DNA from: Elusimicrobiota bacterium
GTDB taxonomy: Bacteria; Elusimicrobiota; Elusimicrobia; UBA1565
Length of the DNA stretch: 64,000 bases
Direction of reading: 5' to 3'
Assembly: GCA_043819795.1 (NCBI GenBank)
Contig: JBDREN010000218.1
Location: forward strand, 1 to 64,000
Shown here piece after piece: positions 13,401 to 28,400 of the stretch. A model generated the notes under the pieces. That model was not told the DNA's origin. It searched no databases and worked only from the letters and a program-made list of their open reading frames with translations. Each line of letters opens with the position of its first letter. Position 1 is the stretch's first letter. The translations under genes and the position numbers were made by a program.

Positions 13401-16400
13401 GACGTCCGGGGCCGGCGGCTTCCAGCCCGTCGAGAGCTGGCGCACCGCGGACCTGAGCGGGTCGAACTGGAGCTACCCCTACGGGGGCGACACGATCCCG
13501 CCGTGGGAGCACGGCGTCGCGTACACGGTGCGCGTGCGGGCCGTGGACCGGTCGCTGAACGTGGAGTCCCCCGATCAGTCGTTCACGTTCACCTACGACG
13601 CGGTCTCGCCCACGACCACGGTGACCGTCCCATCCTTCGGCGAGTACGCCCAGGGGATCTCCACGTTCACCGGCACCATGGAGGACCAGTACGGCATGGC
13701 CAGCGTGCGGCTCGTCATCCGGCGCCTGGGCAAGTACTGGGACGGGGCCAGCTTCAGCGACAACGCGACCTGGCTGGACGCCGAACAATACAGCTCCACC
13801 TGGTCCTACCACGACCCGAACCTGGCCGCCTACTTCCAGACGCTGGTCAACCCCTTGGAATTCACGATCTTCGTCGCGGGGACGGACGCGGCGGGGAACG
13901 TCAATCGGTCCACGACCACGGCCCCGAACCCGCCCGGGGAGGACGGGGCCCTCACGATCGACCACTTTATACCGGTTTCGTCCATCACCCTTCCGGCCGC
14001 GGCGTACATACAGGGGAGCGTCAACCCGATCGAGGGAACGGCCATGGACGAGAACGGAGGCTCGGGCATGATCGGCCTGGTTTCCGTGAAGCTGAAGGCG
14101 GCGCGGATCGATAACGCGGGGACGGTCCGCTGGCACGACGGCGGCATATCCGGCTTCGCTGACGTCGCGCAGTCCGATTTCAACATCGGGCTCAAGAGCT
14201 TCTTGGGGGGCTTCCCGGGCGGGGTCCCGGCGCAGTGGGTCGCCGACGACGGCGCCCTGCAGGAGTTCCATTTCGAGGACGGCTACCGCTACGAGCTCTC
14301 GGCCCAGGCGCGCGACACGAGCAACCCCGCCAACGTCGAGGTGGCGGTCACGACCTTCTCGTTCATCGTGGACCGCAGCACGCCGACGGCGGCGTTCGTC
14401 ACGCCGGCCGGGTCGCAGGTCTTCGTGAGCACGCGCAGCCTGCGGCTGTCGTCGGGCACGCACGCGGAGGTCTTCGTGGGGGGCAACGTGGTCTCCAGCG
14501 TGACCGCCGTCGAGCTCCAGCTCGAGGACGTGTCGGGGCGGGGGCCGGGCGGGGAGCTCTACTGGGATGCGGCCACGGCCGCGTGGGAGGCCCTCCCGGC
14601 CCAGTCCACGGCCGCGCTGCACGCGAGCTCCTGGACGTTCGCCGGCCTGCCCGCGGACTGGACGCACGGCGACGCCTGCTCCCCGCAGTGCGCCGACGGC
14701 CGGACCTACAAGCTGCGCGTGCGGGCGGTCGACGTGGCCGGCAACGAGGGAGCCTTCCCCGCCTCTCCCCAGACCGCCACGGTGGACGTGATCGTCGACG
14801 TCACCTCGCCCCACTCGGGGATCACCGAGCCCAGCGTGCCCGATGGCGCCGTGGCCTCCAGCCTCAGCTCCATCACCGGCACGGCGGACGACGTATATGT
14901 CGGCGCGTCCACCGCGTCGCGCGTCAACGCCGTCTACCTCAGCATTCAGGGCATCACGGCCTCGTCGGGCTGCAACGCGGGGAACTACTGGGACGAGTCG
15001 CTCCAGGACTTCAGGCCCGGCGATCCGGTGTGGAACCCGGTCGATTTCAACCCCGCCTCCGGGATCTGGAAGTTCGAGTCCGCCGCCATCGGCGCGATCC
15101 TGGGCATCGACTGCGCGTATGTCGTGATCTCCAGCGCCACCGACCGCGCCGGCAACGCTCAGAAGAACCTGCAGGGGGCCGCCGATCCGGGGTTGAACAT
15201 CGCGCGCAGGCGCTGGATCTTCCAGCCTCCGCCCCCGATCACATCCATCCTCTTTCCGAATCCGGAGGCGTACAACAAGCTGACCTCGTTCAACGGCTTC
15301 ATTAACGAGCACACGGTGAAGGTGGACGTCCAGGTCAAGCGCGCCGACACCGGCGAGTGCTGGGGCGGCACCATGGGGATGGGGTGGGTGGACTGCGCGG
15401 TGGACGTTTCGACCGCCGTGCGCGTCGCCAAGCTGGAGGGGGCCTTGTGGGTCTATCCGCCGCCCACCGAGTCGATCCCGCCGCTGATCAACAACACGAC
15501 CTTCACGATGTCGATCCGAGGCTGGAACGCGGCGAACATCCCCGAGGCCTGGCCCGGCTTCGCCCAGACCGTGACCTACCAGGTCGACCGCAGCTCGCCG
15601 TCGAGCTCGGTCCTCTATCCGACCCCCGCGTCGTTCGTCAACACGCCGCCGACTTTGAGCGGCTCGGTGACGGACCCGGTCATCGCCGGGGTGTCCGCCG
15701 GGATCCGCGACCCGAACGGCATCCAGGTGCGCATCCAGCGCTCGGACGGACAGTTCTGGGACGAGCTCAACCGCGAATGGGGCGGGTCTCCGGTGTTCTC
15801 CATGGCCGCCTATATCGAGGCCGCGGACTCCTTCCAGTTCGCCACAGCGGTCGCGAGCATGGTCTGGATCAACGGCCTAAGCTACGCGGTCCAGAGCCAG
15901 GGCGTGGACGCGGCGGCCGGCGGCGTGAGCGGCAACACCGAGGTCCCGGGCGCGGCGGTAGCGTTCACCTACGACACGGCGATACCGACCGCGACGGTCG
16001 TCTCGCTGGCGGCCGGGACCACCTACGCGGCCCTCTCGGCCTCGGGCACGGTGATCGATGACTTGATCGGTGAGTACACGCTGGACGACATGCTCGACTA
16101 CGTCGAGCTCGTGGTCAAGGACCACGGGACGCCGTCTTTGCCGGTCGTGCGCCATTGGAACGGCTCGAGCTGGGAGTTCGTGTTCCGGGCGACCCGGACG
16201 GCCATGTCCGGCGGCGACTGGGCCTACGACCACCTCCCGCCGCTCGAGAATGCCCACCTGTATACGCTATACGTGAGCGCCCACGACAAGGCGGGCAACG
16301 CGCAGGGCCAGGCGAACTACGCGCTCAACAACTCCTCGATCACCTTCTACGTGGACCTCTCGACGCCGGTCATCCGGTTGACGGACCCGCCCTCCGGCGA

Positions 16401-19400
16401 CTACTTCACCAACGGCCTGGGAATCGTGACCGGCCGCATCGACGATCCGAACCCGGGCGTGAACGCGGGCATCAGCGGCGCGGCGAACGTGCTCGTGCAG
16501 GCCAAGTACATCGACGGCGGGACGACCTTCTACTTCAACAACAGCAGCTTCACCGACGTCTGCGCCCTCTGCAACGAGACGGACTCCTGGTTCGCGCCGG
16601 TCGGCTTCGCGTTGGAAGGTCCGTCCTCGGGGACTTGGTCCTTCAGCAACGTCAACCTTGGGAGCGGTTGGGTCGAGGACAGGACCTACGTGATCTCGGC
16701 GCGCGGCATCGACAACGCGACCCCGGCCGGCAACCAGGCCCCCTCCGGTCCGGTCCGGCTCCACAACGTCGTCTACGATATTACTCCCGCGGCGGCGGCC
16801 ACGGCGAGCCCGGCCGACAGGAGCCCGCAGCGGGCGGTCCCCGCGATGAGCGGCGGCGCGACCGACAACTACTCCGGAGTGGCGTCGGTGGGGCTCGTCA
16901 TCAGCTACCTGGACGGAGGGACGACGTATTACTGGGACAAGGACGCCGGTCCCCCGTCGTTCACCACGACCTACAACTCGACGAACGCGGTGGTGGCCGC
17001 GCCCGGGGCCCTGAGCACGGCCTGGAGCTACGACGCCTCGGGGATCGCCCAGTGGAACGACCACTCGGTCCTGGGCCGCGAGTACCGGATCTACGCCTTC
17101 GCGAGCGACCGGTCCGGGAATACCCAGGTATCGGGCTCGACGGTGACCTTCTACCTGGACAACACCCCGCCGGTGGGCGCGATCGGCCGCCCGCCCGCCG
17201 CCGCCGAGGTCTTCGGAGGGAACAACTACTACAGCCCGGCCGCGGGCGTGCCCGGCGACCCCTCCGGCAACGCGGTCGACCCCATCCAGGGGACCGGCGC
17301 GGACACGGCTTATCCGCCGGGCTATCCCGCCGCGGTCCCTTCGCTAGTCGAGCTCCGCGTCGGGGACTGGGACGACCTCTACTGGGACGGCACGAGCTGG
17401 GTCGGATCCCCGGATACGTGGCTCGTGATGGGCGGAACGACCTCGTGGGCCTGGGACTCGGCGATCGTGTCCACTCCCACGGTCGAGCTGGGCTACCCCG
17501 CGGGCTGGGACGACAACAACAAGATGACGGTGGACCTGCGCGTGACGGACCTCGTGGGCAACGTCTTTTACTCGACCGCCGCCGCGGCCAGCGAGACCTT
17601 CATCTGGGACGCCGGCCTGCCCGCCGTGTACATCAGCACGCCGGCCACGGTCTCGGTGCGTACGCTGCCCGCGATCGCGGGCACGGCCGACGACCCGCTC
17701 GACACCTCCGAGGGCGAGCTGGACTCGGGCATCGAGGCGGTTCGGGTGTCCGTGCGGAGGAACGCGACTTACCGCTGGTGGGACGGCGCCAATTTCGCGA
17801 TCTCCCAGACCATCCACGACAACAGCGGTACGGGCTGGTTCGCCGCCGCCACGGGGGTCGAGGTATCCACTTCGGATTGGACATGGGACTCCTCGGCGGT
17901 CATGGACAAGATGATCCCGGGCGAGCAGTACTCGATCAACGTCCGCGCGCAGGACCACGCGAACAACTTCAGCGCCCCGGTGGCGACCTTTACCTTTTTC
18001 TACGACGACGTGCCCCCGAGCGTCGGGCTCACGGCGCCGCGGAGCCAGGCGAACCTGACGATCAGCCAGCTGCCGGTCATCAGCGGGACGGCCTCCGATA
18101 ACGTCTCCCTTGACCGGGTGGAATTGCGCCTCTCCCGGCTCCTCGAAGGGGCCAGCGCGTACTGGACGCCGGGGGTATTCACCGGGGATGAGGGGACGAA
18201 GTTCGCCTCCGTCGCGGGGAGCGCGTGGTTCCCGGCCGGCGGGACCGTGATCTGGTCGACGGGGACGTTCCCCAACGGTTTCTTCCTGAACAGCGTGGTC
18301 TACTCGGTCCATGCCCGCTCGTTCGATAAGGCCGACAACGAGTCGCCGCTCTCGATCGCCACGTTTACGTTCACGACCGAGCTGCCCCGGACCTACGTCG
18401 TCGAGCCCAGCACTTACGGCCTGTCGGCGATCCCCACCATTAGCGGCACCGGGACGGACGACAACGCGATCGTGAGCACCGTCAGTGTCGCGGTCCAGAG
18501 GCTCGGCGACGGCGCGTATTTCAACGGCACGGGCTTCGCCGCGGCGCCGTCGATCTTCTGGATCATCGCCAAGCAGGACTGCGGCTTTCCTTGCTCGTGG
18601 CAGTACAGCAACCTGGGGAACCTCACGCCGGGCCTGGAGTACCATGTCATGAGCATCTCCTCGAACACGGCCGGCAAGGTCGAGGAATTCGGCGCGGGCA
18701 ACGCCGGGACCGGCCGGGACTTCGTGTTCGTGTACGACACCCTCGAGCCGGCCTCGGAGGTGACCGAGCCGGGCGACGGCGCGGTGCTCAAAGCCGTCGC
18801 GCAGATCACCGGGACCGCCTCCGACCAGGACCCCGGCGCCGGCATCCCCGGCGTCTCGGGCGTGCGGGTCTCGATCCGCGAGATCGGGCCCGGGCAGGGC
18901 GCCTACTGGGACGGGGCCAGCACGTTCACCCTGGCGACCGAGTCCTTCTGGCCGGTGGACACGCTGGTCCCGACGGGGGGCAACAACTACTCCTGGGTCA
19001 TCGCCGCCAGCCTGCCGACGTTCGCGACGGGGCGCACCTACCAGGTGCGGGTGAAGGCGACGGACGGCGCCCTGCCCGCCGCGAACGCGCAGTCCGTTGA
19101 GGGCGAGATGGCGTTCAACTACGAGACGACCGAGTCCTCGGTGGCGGTGACCTTCCCGGCGTCCGCCGGCGCCTACAACGCCCTGAACACGATCGCGGGC
19201 ACGGCCGAGGACATCTTCGGGGTAAAGGGCGTCTCGATCACGATCCGGCAGAAAGGGGCCCTGTACTGGGACGGCTCGGACTACACCTCCGCGTCGCCGC
19301 TCCTGTTCGCCGCGACCCTGGTGGACACGGGCGACGGCGAGAACTTCGACTGGAGCTTCTCGTCGGGGACGTTCAACTTCTCGGACGACACGAACTACGT

Positions 19401-22400
19401 CATCGGGGTCCGGGCCGAGGCCAACTCGACGATCGTGAAGGCCGGCCAGAGCGTGGAGTTCACCTTCGACACGACCCGGCCGACCTCGGACGTCACCCAT
19501 CCGGACCGCGCGAACCGTCCGGAGAGCGCGAACGACGTCGGCTTCTACCTCAACGAGCTCGCGCAGATCTCGGGCACGGCCGACGACTCCGAGGGGACGA
19601 ACGCCAACGCTTCGCATGCCTTCGACGTGCGCGTGAAGATCCGGGAGGTGGCCACGGGCAAGTACTGGAACGGCACCGGCTTCCTGGACACGGCGGAGGT
19701 CTGGGTGCCCACGGACCTGAGCGGGTCTCCTTATCCCGACCAGTTCGAGCAGACCTCGGGCCTGCCGCCGGCTCACAAGTTGAGCACCGGGGCGGTCTAC
19801 GAGATGCAGTCGCGGGTCTTGGACGCGGCCTCGAACCTGCAGGACCCGCTCTTGCCGGGGGCGACCTTCACGTTCGACCCGGTGCCGCCCGTCGTGTCGC
19901 TGCAGGTCCCGATCAACGACATCGTCGAATCCTCCTCGCCCTTCAAATACTGCAGCCCGAGCAATTACTGCGACGCGCTCTCGGCGATCGCGGGAACGGC
20001 GTCCGATAACTTCAACGTGCGGCTCGTCGAGTACCGCATCAAGAGCCAGTTGGGCAAGTACTGGAACAGCTCCAACGGGCAGTTCGAGTCGGACGCCGGC
20101 CTCTGGACGGTGGCCGTCGGCAGCGCCTCTCAGTCGGGAAGCTTCGCCTGGACGTCCTCATCGGTGCCCGCCTTCGCGAGGCAGGAGTATGTGATCAGCG
20201 CCCGCTCGTTCGACGCGGCGGGCAACGTCCTGACGTACTCGACGGCCACCTTCGTGAACGACGACCAGATGCCGGCGTCGATCTCGACGAGCATCGTGAA
20301 CGGGTCCACGATCCCCGCTTTGGGCGCGATCTTCGGTACGGCGACGGACGGGGGCTCGCCGATCGTCGGGGGGGAGATCGCCAGCCGGGTCGAAAAGGTC
20401 CTGTTCCGGATCGGACGCATTTCGGACGGAAACTGTTGGAACTGGTTCGGCGATTGGCAAGACCCGTCCTGCGCCTTCCAAGAGGATGCGACGATCCTGG
20501 CGGGAAGCGCCCCGGATTACGCGTGGTCGATCGACGTCGTCGCGGGCAATCTTCCCCCGGACAACAAATTCCAGACCGGGGAGCGCTACTTTGTGAACAC
20601 CCGGGCGGTCGACAAGGCCGAGAACGAGGAGATCGCCATCTCCACGGTGCAGTTCACCTTCGACAATACGCCTCCGCAGACCGGCGTGTCCACCCCGGCG
20701 CCGGGCGGCTTCTACCAGCCCGGCGGCCTCAGCAACCTGCGAGGCACGGCCTCGGACGCGCCGGCCGGCGTGGCGGGCGTCGGGATCACCATGCAGGACG
20801 GGAGGACGGGCCTGTGGTTCGACATCGGGCAGGGGACCTTCTCTCTGGCCGGCCAGCCCTCGCCGGTGCCCGTCTCGTCGCTGGGCCCACCGTGGGGGCG
20901 CAACATCACGGACGTCCAGAGCGTGTTCGTCGACGGCCACCCCTACAAGATCCGGGTCATCGGCACCGACAGCGTGGGCAACGTCCAGTCGATGAGCGCG
21001 ACGCCCATGGACACCTTCGTCGTGGACAAGACGACCGCCGCCGCCACCATCGGCACGAACACCCCCAGGGGCGACGGCGAGACCGAGCTCGACACCGTGG
21101 GCCTGCTAGGCAAGGCCTTCGACCAACTCCCGCCGACCGACGGGGTGGAGATGTCCTCGGTCGCGGCCTCGACGGACATCTACCTGGAGATCCGGCAGAC
21201 CGAGACCTTCTCGAACACCACGCCCCAGGCGGAGGACAGCTACTGGAACGGCGCGGAGTTCATCGCCAGCACGATGACCTCGAGCGCGATCTGCGTCTCC
21301 GTCGCGCCGCCGACCCCGGCGGACTGCCGCTGGCTCCCGGTGAGCAGCTACGACCAGATCGGCCTGGACTGGACCTACTCGGCCCTCGGCTCGGGCGGCA
21401 CGCTGTGGCCGCGCGGTAAGGTCTACTTCGTCCGGGCGCGCGTGCGCGACCGCGCGGGCAACATCGCGGTGGTGACGGACCCCGGGATCCCGGCCTACAA
21501 GTTCAAGGTCGCGTCCCCGGCCGAGAGCTTCCAGGTCGAGCTCTTCGAGTCCTATCCGCCCTTCACCGCGGGCACCTCGTTCAAGATGAAAGTGACGGCG
21601 CTCGACGACCTGGGCAACGTCGCGGCCGACTACGGCGAGGATGTCCGGTTCCTGTCGCTCGATCTGGGCGCGCCGGAATCGGCCAACGGCATCACGTTCC
21701 CGGCCCACTACAGCTTCAAGCCGGAGGACAACGGGGCCCACGTCTTCCCGGTGGTGACGCTGGACATGGCCGGCATCCGGGAGATCCGCGTCGAGCAGGT
21801 GGACAACGCGGCCATCACCGGCTCCACGGGCGGCGTCGTCGTCAATCCCGGGCCGGCGGACCGCGTGCTGCTGGTCCTGCCGGGCCAGGTCCGCGCGCCC
21901 GGCACGCCGACCGGACGCAACGGGACCGTGTCGGTCAGCACGGCCGGCGTGCCGTTCTCGGCCGCGCTCTACGTCACCGACGGCAAGTACAACATCGTCG
22001 CCTCGAGCGCGCCGGTCGGCATCACGATCTCCCACGACGACCCGGCGGCCGATCCCATGGCGCCCGGCGCGTGGTCGAACGGGACGATGAGCGTGCCGGT
22101 CACCCTCAAGACCAAGCGGGGAGCATTCGCGGTGCCGGGCCCCACCGCCAAGACGTGGATCACCGTCTCCGGGGCGGGCGAGATGGGGCCGCACAACGGC
22201 GAGACCGTGGCCGTGCAGCCGAATCCCGGGTCGAGCCAGAAGAACCTCGTGCTGCTGCTCCCCGGCGAGTCGCTCGCCTCGGGGATCCCCGGGGGGAAGA
22301 CGGCCGACGTCCCGCTGGAGCAGGAGGCCGGGTCCACCTTCACGGTCACCGTCCACGCCGCCGACGAGTTCTTCAACCCCTACGAGCCGTTCCAGGCCCA

Positions 22401-25400
22401 GGAGCCCGAGGCGTGGCTCGAGCTGGGCACGCCGTACGGGAGCCCCGGCTCCACGAGGGCGCTCACGCGGGGAGCGACGACCTACGACGTCGTGGTGCTC
22501 GAGGCCTCGACGCAGAGCGTGATCGCCGCCCGGACGGACGCGGCGCTCTACGTGGACGATTCGGCGACGCTGGCCGTGAGCCCCGCGTTCACGGACCAGG
22601 GACCTTGGTCGCTGCAGCTGCTTCTGCCCGGGATGGACGCGGAACCGGGCTCGCCGGCCGGCTTCACCGGCTCTCCGAGCGCGCTCACCGTCGGTACGAC
22701 CTACAGCGCTTTGGTGAACCTGGTCGATATCTACTACAACGTCATTTTCGGTCCCACCAGCCACATCAGCGAGGCGTTTGTCATCTACCCGAACGTGCGC
22801 CTCGAGTTTTCGGATCCGAACGTGTCCAGCCGCGGCCTGGTCCCCTTGGACGTGTCCCTCATCGACGGGACGCGAAGCATCGACTTCTCCCTTCCGACGC
22901 GCACGGCTCCGCCGGCCCTGCCCCTGCAGGTGATCGCCGCGAAGGACACCAACGCCCAATACAGCTCCTCGACCGTGAGCGGTCTGCTGGTGTACCCGGC
23001 GGTCCCGACCCGGCTGCAGTTGCTGCTCAACGGCGAGGCGGCGCACGAGGGCTCACCCGCAGGCAAGACCGGCGCGCCCGTCGCGTTCACGGCCGGCGTT
23101 CCTTCGCTGGCGACGGTCCGGGCCACCGACGACTATTGGAACCGGACGACCGACGGCCGTTCGGTCGGTCTGGCGGTCTCGGACGTTTACGCCTCAACGC
23201 CGACCGCCACCCCGCTCCTGCAGGGCGAGAGGAGCCTGTTCCTGACGCTGCGCACGGCGACGTCGACCTTGACGGTCGCGGCCTTCGACGCGGACACCCA
23301 GGGGACGAAGCTGGCGACGAGCACGGCCGCGGGTTTGCGGGTGAACCCCGGAGGCTTCGTGAAGCTCCTGGCGCTGCTGCCCGACGAGGTCCACACTCCC
23401 GGCAAGCCGCCCTACGATACCGGGACGAGCGGCGGCCGGACGGTGCTGGCCTCGACCACGGTGCCGGCCGGCACGCCGTTCACCTTCACGGTCCGCGGGG
23501 TCGACAGCCAGTGGAACACGGTGGACGTCGACGTCCCCGTCTCCATGTTCGCCTCGGACCCGGCGGCGGTCATCCCGGAGCCGGAGCTGGCGCTCGAGGA
23601 CGGGACGACGGCCTTCACCTATACCCCGGTGACGGTCGGGGCGCACACGGCGGGCGCCGCCGCGGCGGGGGTGGAATCGAGCACCTCCAGCGTGTTCAAC
23701 GCCGGAGGGCCGACGCTCCTGCTGCTGGTCGAGGGCGAGACCCACGATCCGGACGAGCCCGACGGGCGCGCCGGCGTCCCGGACCGCGACCCGGCCCAGC
23801 CGGGCGTCCAGAGCTTCGTGGCGGGCTCCACCTTCTCGGTCACGGTCCGCCTCGTGGACTCGGCGTTCAACGCCATCCCGCTGGGCGTGCCGACGACGCT
23901 GCGCTTCACGTCGGACGATCCCTACGCCGTGCTGCCCGCGCCCGATCCGGCGCTCGACGCCGGCGGCGAGTCGGTCTTCGAGATAACGCTGGCCTCGGCC
24001 ACGGCCCTGGCGGGCGGGACCACGATCTGGGTCGAGACCGTCGGCAATCCGAACATCGGCGCCTCCACGTCGACGCCCGTGCTGGTGGAGCCGAACGCGC
24101 CGGCGCGCCTGCTGCTCCTGGCCGGGGGGATGAGCCTCGACAAGGGCTCGCCCGGAGGCTCCACGGGCTCGCCGGTGTCGGCGACGGCGGGAGTGGACTA
24201 CCCCGTGAGGGTCTACGTCACCGACGCCTATCACAACCCGGTCCTGTGCTCCGAGTACGACGCTTCGCCGCCGCCGCCGGACTGCGTGCAGCCGACGATC
24301 ACCCTCCAGGTCAGCGATCCGAACGTCGCGGACGTGACGGCCCTGTCCATCGAGGGCGGCAGCCGGACGGTCGGCTTCTCCTTCCGCAGCAACACCTTCG
24401 TCGACCCGCTCGGCGGGCCGTGGGACATCGTCGCGGTCGACGACGCGCAATCCCTGTCGTCCTCGACGGTGAGCGGCGTGGCGGTGAGCCCCGGCGTCCC
24501 CTACCAGTACCAGGTCCTGGTGCCGACCGAGACCATGCGGCCGGGCGAGGTCGCCTCCGGCGGCAAGTCCATGGAGGCGGCCGTCGGGCAGCTGGCCGGC
24601 TCCACCTTCAGCGTCACCGTGAACCTGGTGGACCGGTTCTTCAACCGCGCGCAGGGCGTGGACGCGACGTTCCGGCTCTCCTCGGACGACCCGAACGACG
24701 CGCTGGCGGAGCTCTTCGGGACGACGGCCACCGTCAACGGCCGGCGGGTCCTCGACGCGTATCTGGTGACCCAGAGCACGGTCGCCGGCTGGACGATCAC
24801 GGCCTCCACCGGGAGCGGCGAGGGATTCCTCGCCGGGGAGTCCTCGCGCTTCCAGGTCCACCCGTCCACGGCCTCCAAGATGGTGATCCTGCTCGAAGGC
24901 CAGCAGCAGGCGGACGGGGTGGGGCTCAGCGGCAACCCGGTCGCGCAGACGGCCGGCGTGCTGGTCACCGTGCGCGTCCTGGCGGTCGATCCGGGCTTCA
25001 ACCGGACGCCCAACATAAACAAGACCAACATCAGACTGCAATCCAATGACCCCTTCGTGCAGAGCCCCTGGACGCTCACGATGACCGACGGCGTGGCCGT
25101 GGCCTCGGCGACGCTGCGGACGGCCGGCATCCGATCGTTCACGGTCGTCGACGCCAGCTTCTCGTCCCCGCTCCTGGCGGGAGTGACGTCGAGCACTTTC
25201 ACCGTGGTGCCCAATTTCCCGACGCGCCTGCGGGTGCTGCTGCCCGGAGAGAGCGAGCTGGCCGGGGACACCGGCGACGGGCGCGCGGGCACGGCCCAGG
25301 ACCAGCCGGCGGGCTCGACCGTCACGCTTACGGTCCAGATCGCGGACGCCTTCTGGAACCTGACGCCGGGAGCATCCCAGCAGGTGCGCATCGTCCCGAC

Positions 25401-28400
25401 CGATCCCTTCGCCACGGTGCTGCCCTCGACGCTGACCGTGGTGGGCACCTCCCTGGTCGACGTCATCTTCAAGAAGGCGGAGTCCAACCAGATCCGCGCC
25501 GAGATGCTCTACAATCCGGCTCCGTGGGGGCCGGCGGTCGCGGTCGACACGAGCACGGTCGTCCAGGTGACGCCGGGATCGGTCGCGAGCCTGCTTCTGA
25601 TCATCGATGGAGAGGCCTTCGACCAGGGTTCTCCGACCGGCAAGACCGGCTCCGTGCGCGCTGATCTGAGGGCGGGGGATACATTTTACGCGACCGTCGG
25701 GATCGTCGACAAATATTTCAATCTGGTGCCGGGACACTTGGAGCAGCAGGGGGAAGGGCTCGTTGCACCTACCGTGCGGCTGAAGATGCCGCCGGGCTTC
25801 CCCTTCACTCTTGAGTCCCCGAATACGACGATCAATCCGGACACGGGCAAGACCGATACGCTGGCCCTGCCGAGCGTCCTCCGGGCGGCGGCGACGTGGC
25901 ATCAGTTGATCGCGGAATCGCTTTCCGGGGTGCCGTCCGAGTCGCGGTATTCGTCCACCTTCACGATCAACGCGGACGCGGGCTACGGCTTCCAGCTGCT
26001 GCTGCCGGGCGAGACGAATATCGGCGGCCAGGGCATCTATCCCGACGGGGGCAAGGCCGGGACGATCTCGACGCAGACGGCCGGAACGCCGTTCATGGCC
26101 ACCGTCAATCTGGTCGACCGCTACAACAACGTGGTCCCGAACCCGCTGGGGCAGTACGACCCGCGCGTCTGGGTCGAGCCCAACGACCCGTTCGCGCTCG
26201 CCTCGACGACGAGCCCGATCGACGCGGGAAGCCGCCAGTTCACGATGACGCTGGTGACCAAGAGCACGTCCACCGTGCTTCACGTCGAATCGCGGGGCCA
26301 GCCGTCGGACGACGACTGCGGGCTGAGCGGCACGGAGGCCTGCCTGGTGCTCGCGCCGGCCGGCGTGTCGAGGCCGTTCAAGGTTTTCACCTCGACGGCC
26401 GTGCGCCTGCAGGTCCTTCTGGCGGGCGAGACCGCGGTCGGGGGCAAGTGCGACGACATCGCGGTGTGCAAGCTGATCCCCTTCGGGGAGACTCCCGGCA
26501 AGGCCGGGGCGCCGGCGCCGTTCGCGATGACGGACCCCCCGACCCCGTTCTCGGTGACCGTGAACGTCGTGGACGCGTACTACAACCGCGCCACCAAGAA
26601 GACGGGGCCCCTGCAGGACAGCAACCCGGTCGTCGTGGATCCGACGGTCGCGGTGTTCCTGCCGGCCGATCCGGACAGCACCACCGACCCGCCGGCGGTG
26701 CTCATCGACGGCTCGTGGACCTTCTCCTCCCTGCTGCCGAGGCTGGCCCTGTCGACCTACACCGTCGTGGTCGCGACCACGTCCGCCTCCCCGGCGTCCT
26801 ACGACACGGCCACGTCGGCGGAGTTCATCGTCTATCCGGCCCCGGCGCACCACCTCGAGTTCACGAACTATCCCTCGACCGAGTCGGCGGGATCGCCCTT
26901 CTCCGTCACCTTGACCGCCTACGACCGCTTCGACAACGTGCTGTCCACCGGCCCGAACGTGTACCTGAGCACCGTGACGCTTTCGGCGGAGCCCTTCGAC
27001 CCCCCGCAGTCGCCGGTCTTCGACCCGGTCAACGTGGTCTTCGGCCCCGGGGACCGGGGAGTCAGGAGCCTGGGCGACGCCTTCATCCTGAAGAGGGCGG
27101 GGCTGCGCTGGGTCAAGGGCACGCAGGCGACCGACTCGACGATCAATACCGAGGTCCCCGGCTTCTCGGTCCGGCCGGAGATCTTCATCGAGCCCGGGGC
27201 GGCCGGGGCCGTGACCGTGGCCCCGGGCCCCACGAGCTCGATCATCGAATGGCGCGCCGGCTCGACGCTGCAGCCGGGCATCCGGAGCTTCACGGGGCAG
27301 CTCTCGGACTCCTTCAACAACCCCGTGATCTCGAGCTCGCCGGTCTTCATCGATGTCGTGGACGTCGTGGGCTCGACGGGCACGCTCGTCTACGAGTTCG
27401 GCGGGGAGTGGGTGGACATCGGGCGGTCCACCGTGGTATTCACCGACGACGAGGGGCGCATCGGCAACAACGGCGACCTCGACAACGTCAACTTCAAGCT
27501 GGGCTACCAGGTCTCCAGCGCCGCGGGCGACTCGGCCCGGGTCTGGATCGGCACCTCTCCGGCGGCGTCCAACTTGACGCCGTTCATCCTGAACCAGCGC
27601 AGCCTTTCGGGGACGCTGCGGACGATCGGCGGCGTCCCGAGCGAGCTCATCCTGGTCTCGACGACCGCCATCGGGACGGTGTACGGAGCGGCCGGCCCCA
27701 CGGCCCTGTTCACGGTGCAGCGGCGCGACGATTTCGGCAACCCGACCGACCAGGGCGTGACCACCATCCTGCTGACCCTGCCTTCCGAGCAGGGCCAGAC
27801 GCACGCGGCCGCCGCCTTCAAGCCCGCCGTGGCGAATACCACCGACGGGGACTACGGGTTCATGAGGCCGAACTCCCCCTACCGCTACGTCGAGGCCGTC
27901 ACGATCCCGGACGGGGCGGAGGAGGTGTCCTTCCGGTACCGCGACAAGATGTCCTCGTACGCGGGCGTGGACCCGGCGGGCAACTCGGGCGAGGGCAACC
28001 GGCCGGGCTACTGGACGCTGGAGCTGGTGCCGACCGACCTGAGCATCAACTCCATCCGGTTCGACATCCAGATGGACCCGCGGCCGCCGAAGCAGTTCGG
28101 TTTCGGCAACGCGACCAACAACCAGGTGGCCAGCGACGTCTACGACCTGACCGGCAACGAGCTCGCGTCGTTCCGCGTCCAGATCCAGGACGACTTCCGC
28201 AACCCCGTGATCTCGACGTTCCCTTGGACGGTGCGGCTTTCCACCGTCGCGCGCCTCGCTTCCGGGTACTTCGACGCGTTCGCCTTCTCGGCCTCCAGCG
28301 AGATGGCCGACGTGGCGGTCTTCAAGAGCACCACCGGCGCCGTCGTCGTCGAGGCGCTCGCCTACGAGACGACGTTCTTCTACCTCGACACGCGGGCCTC

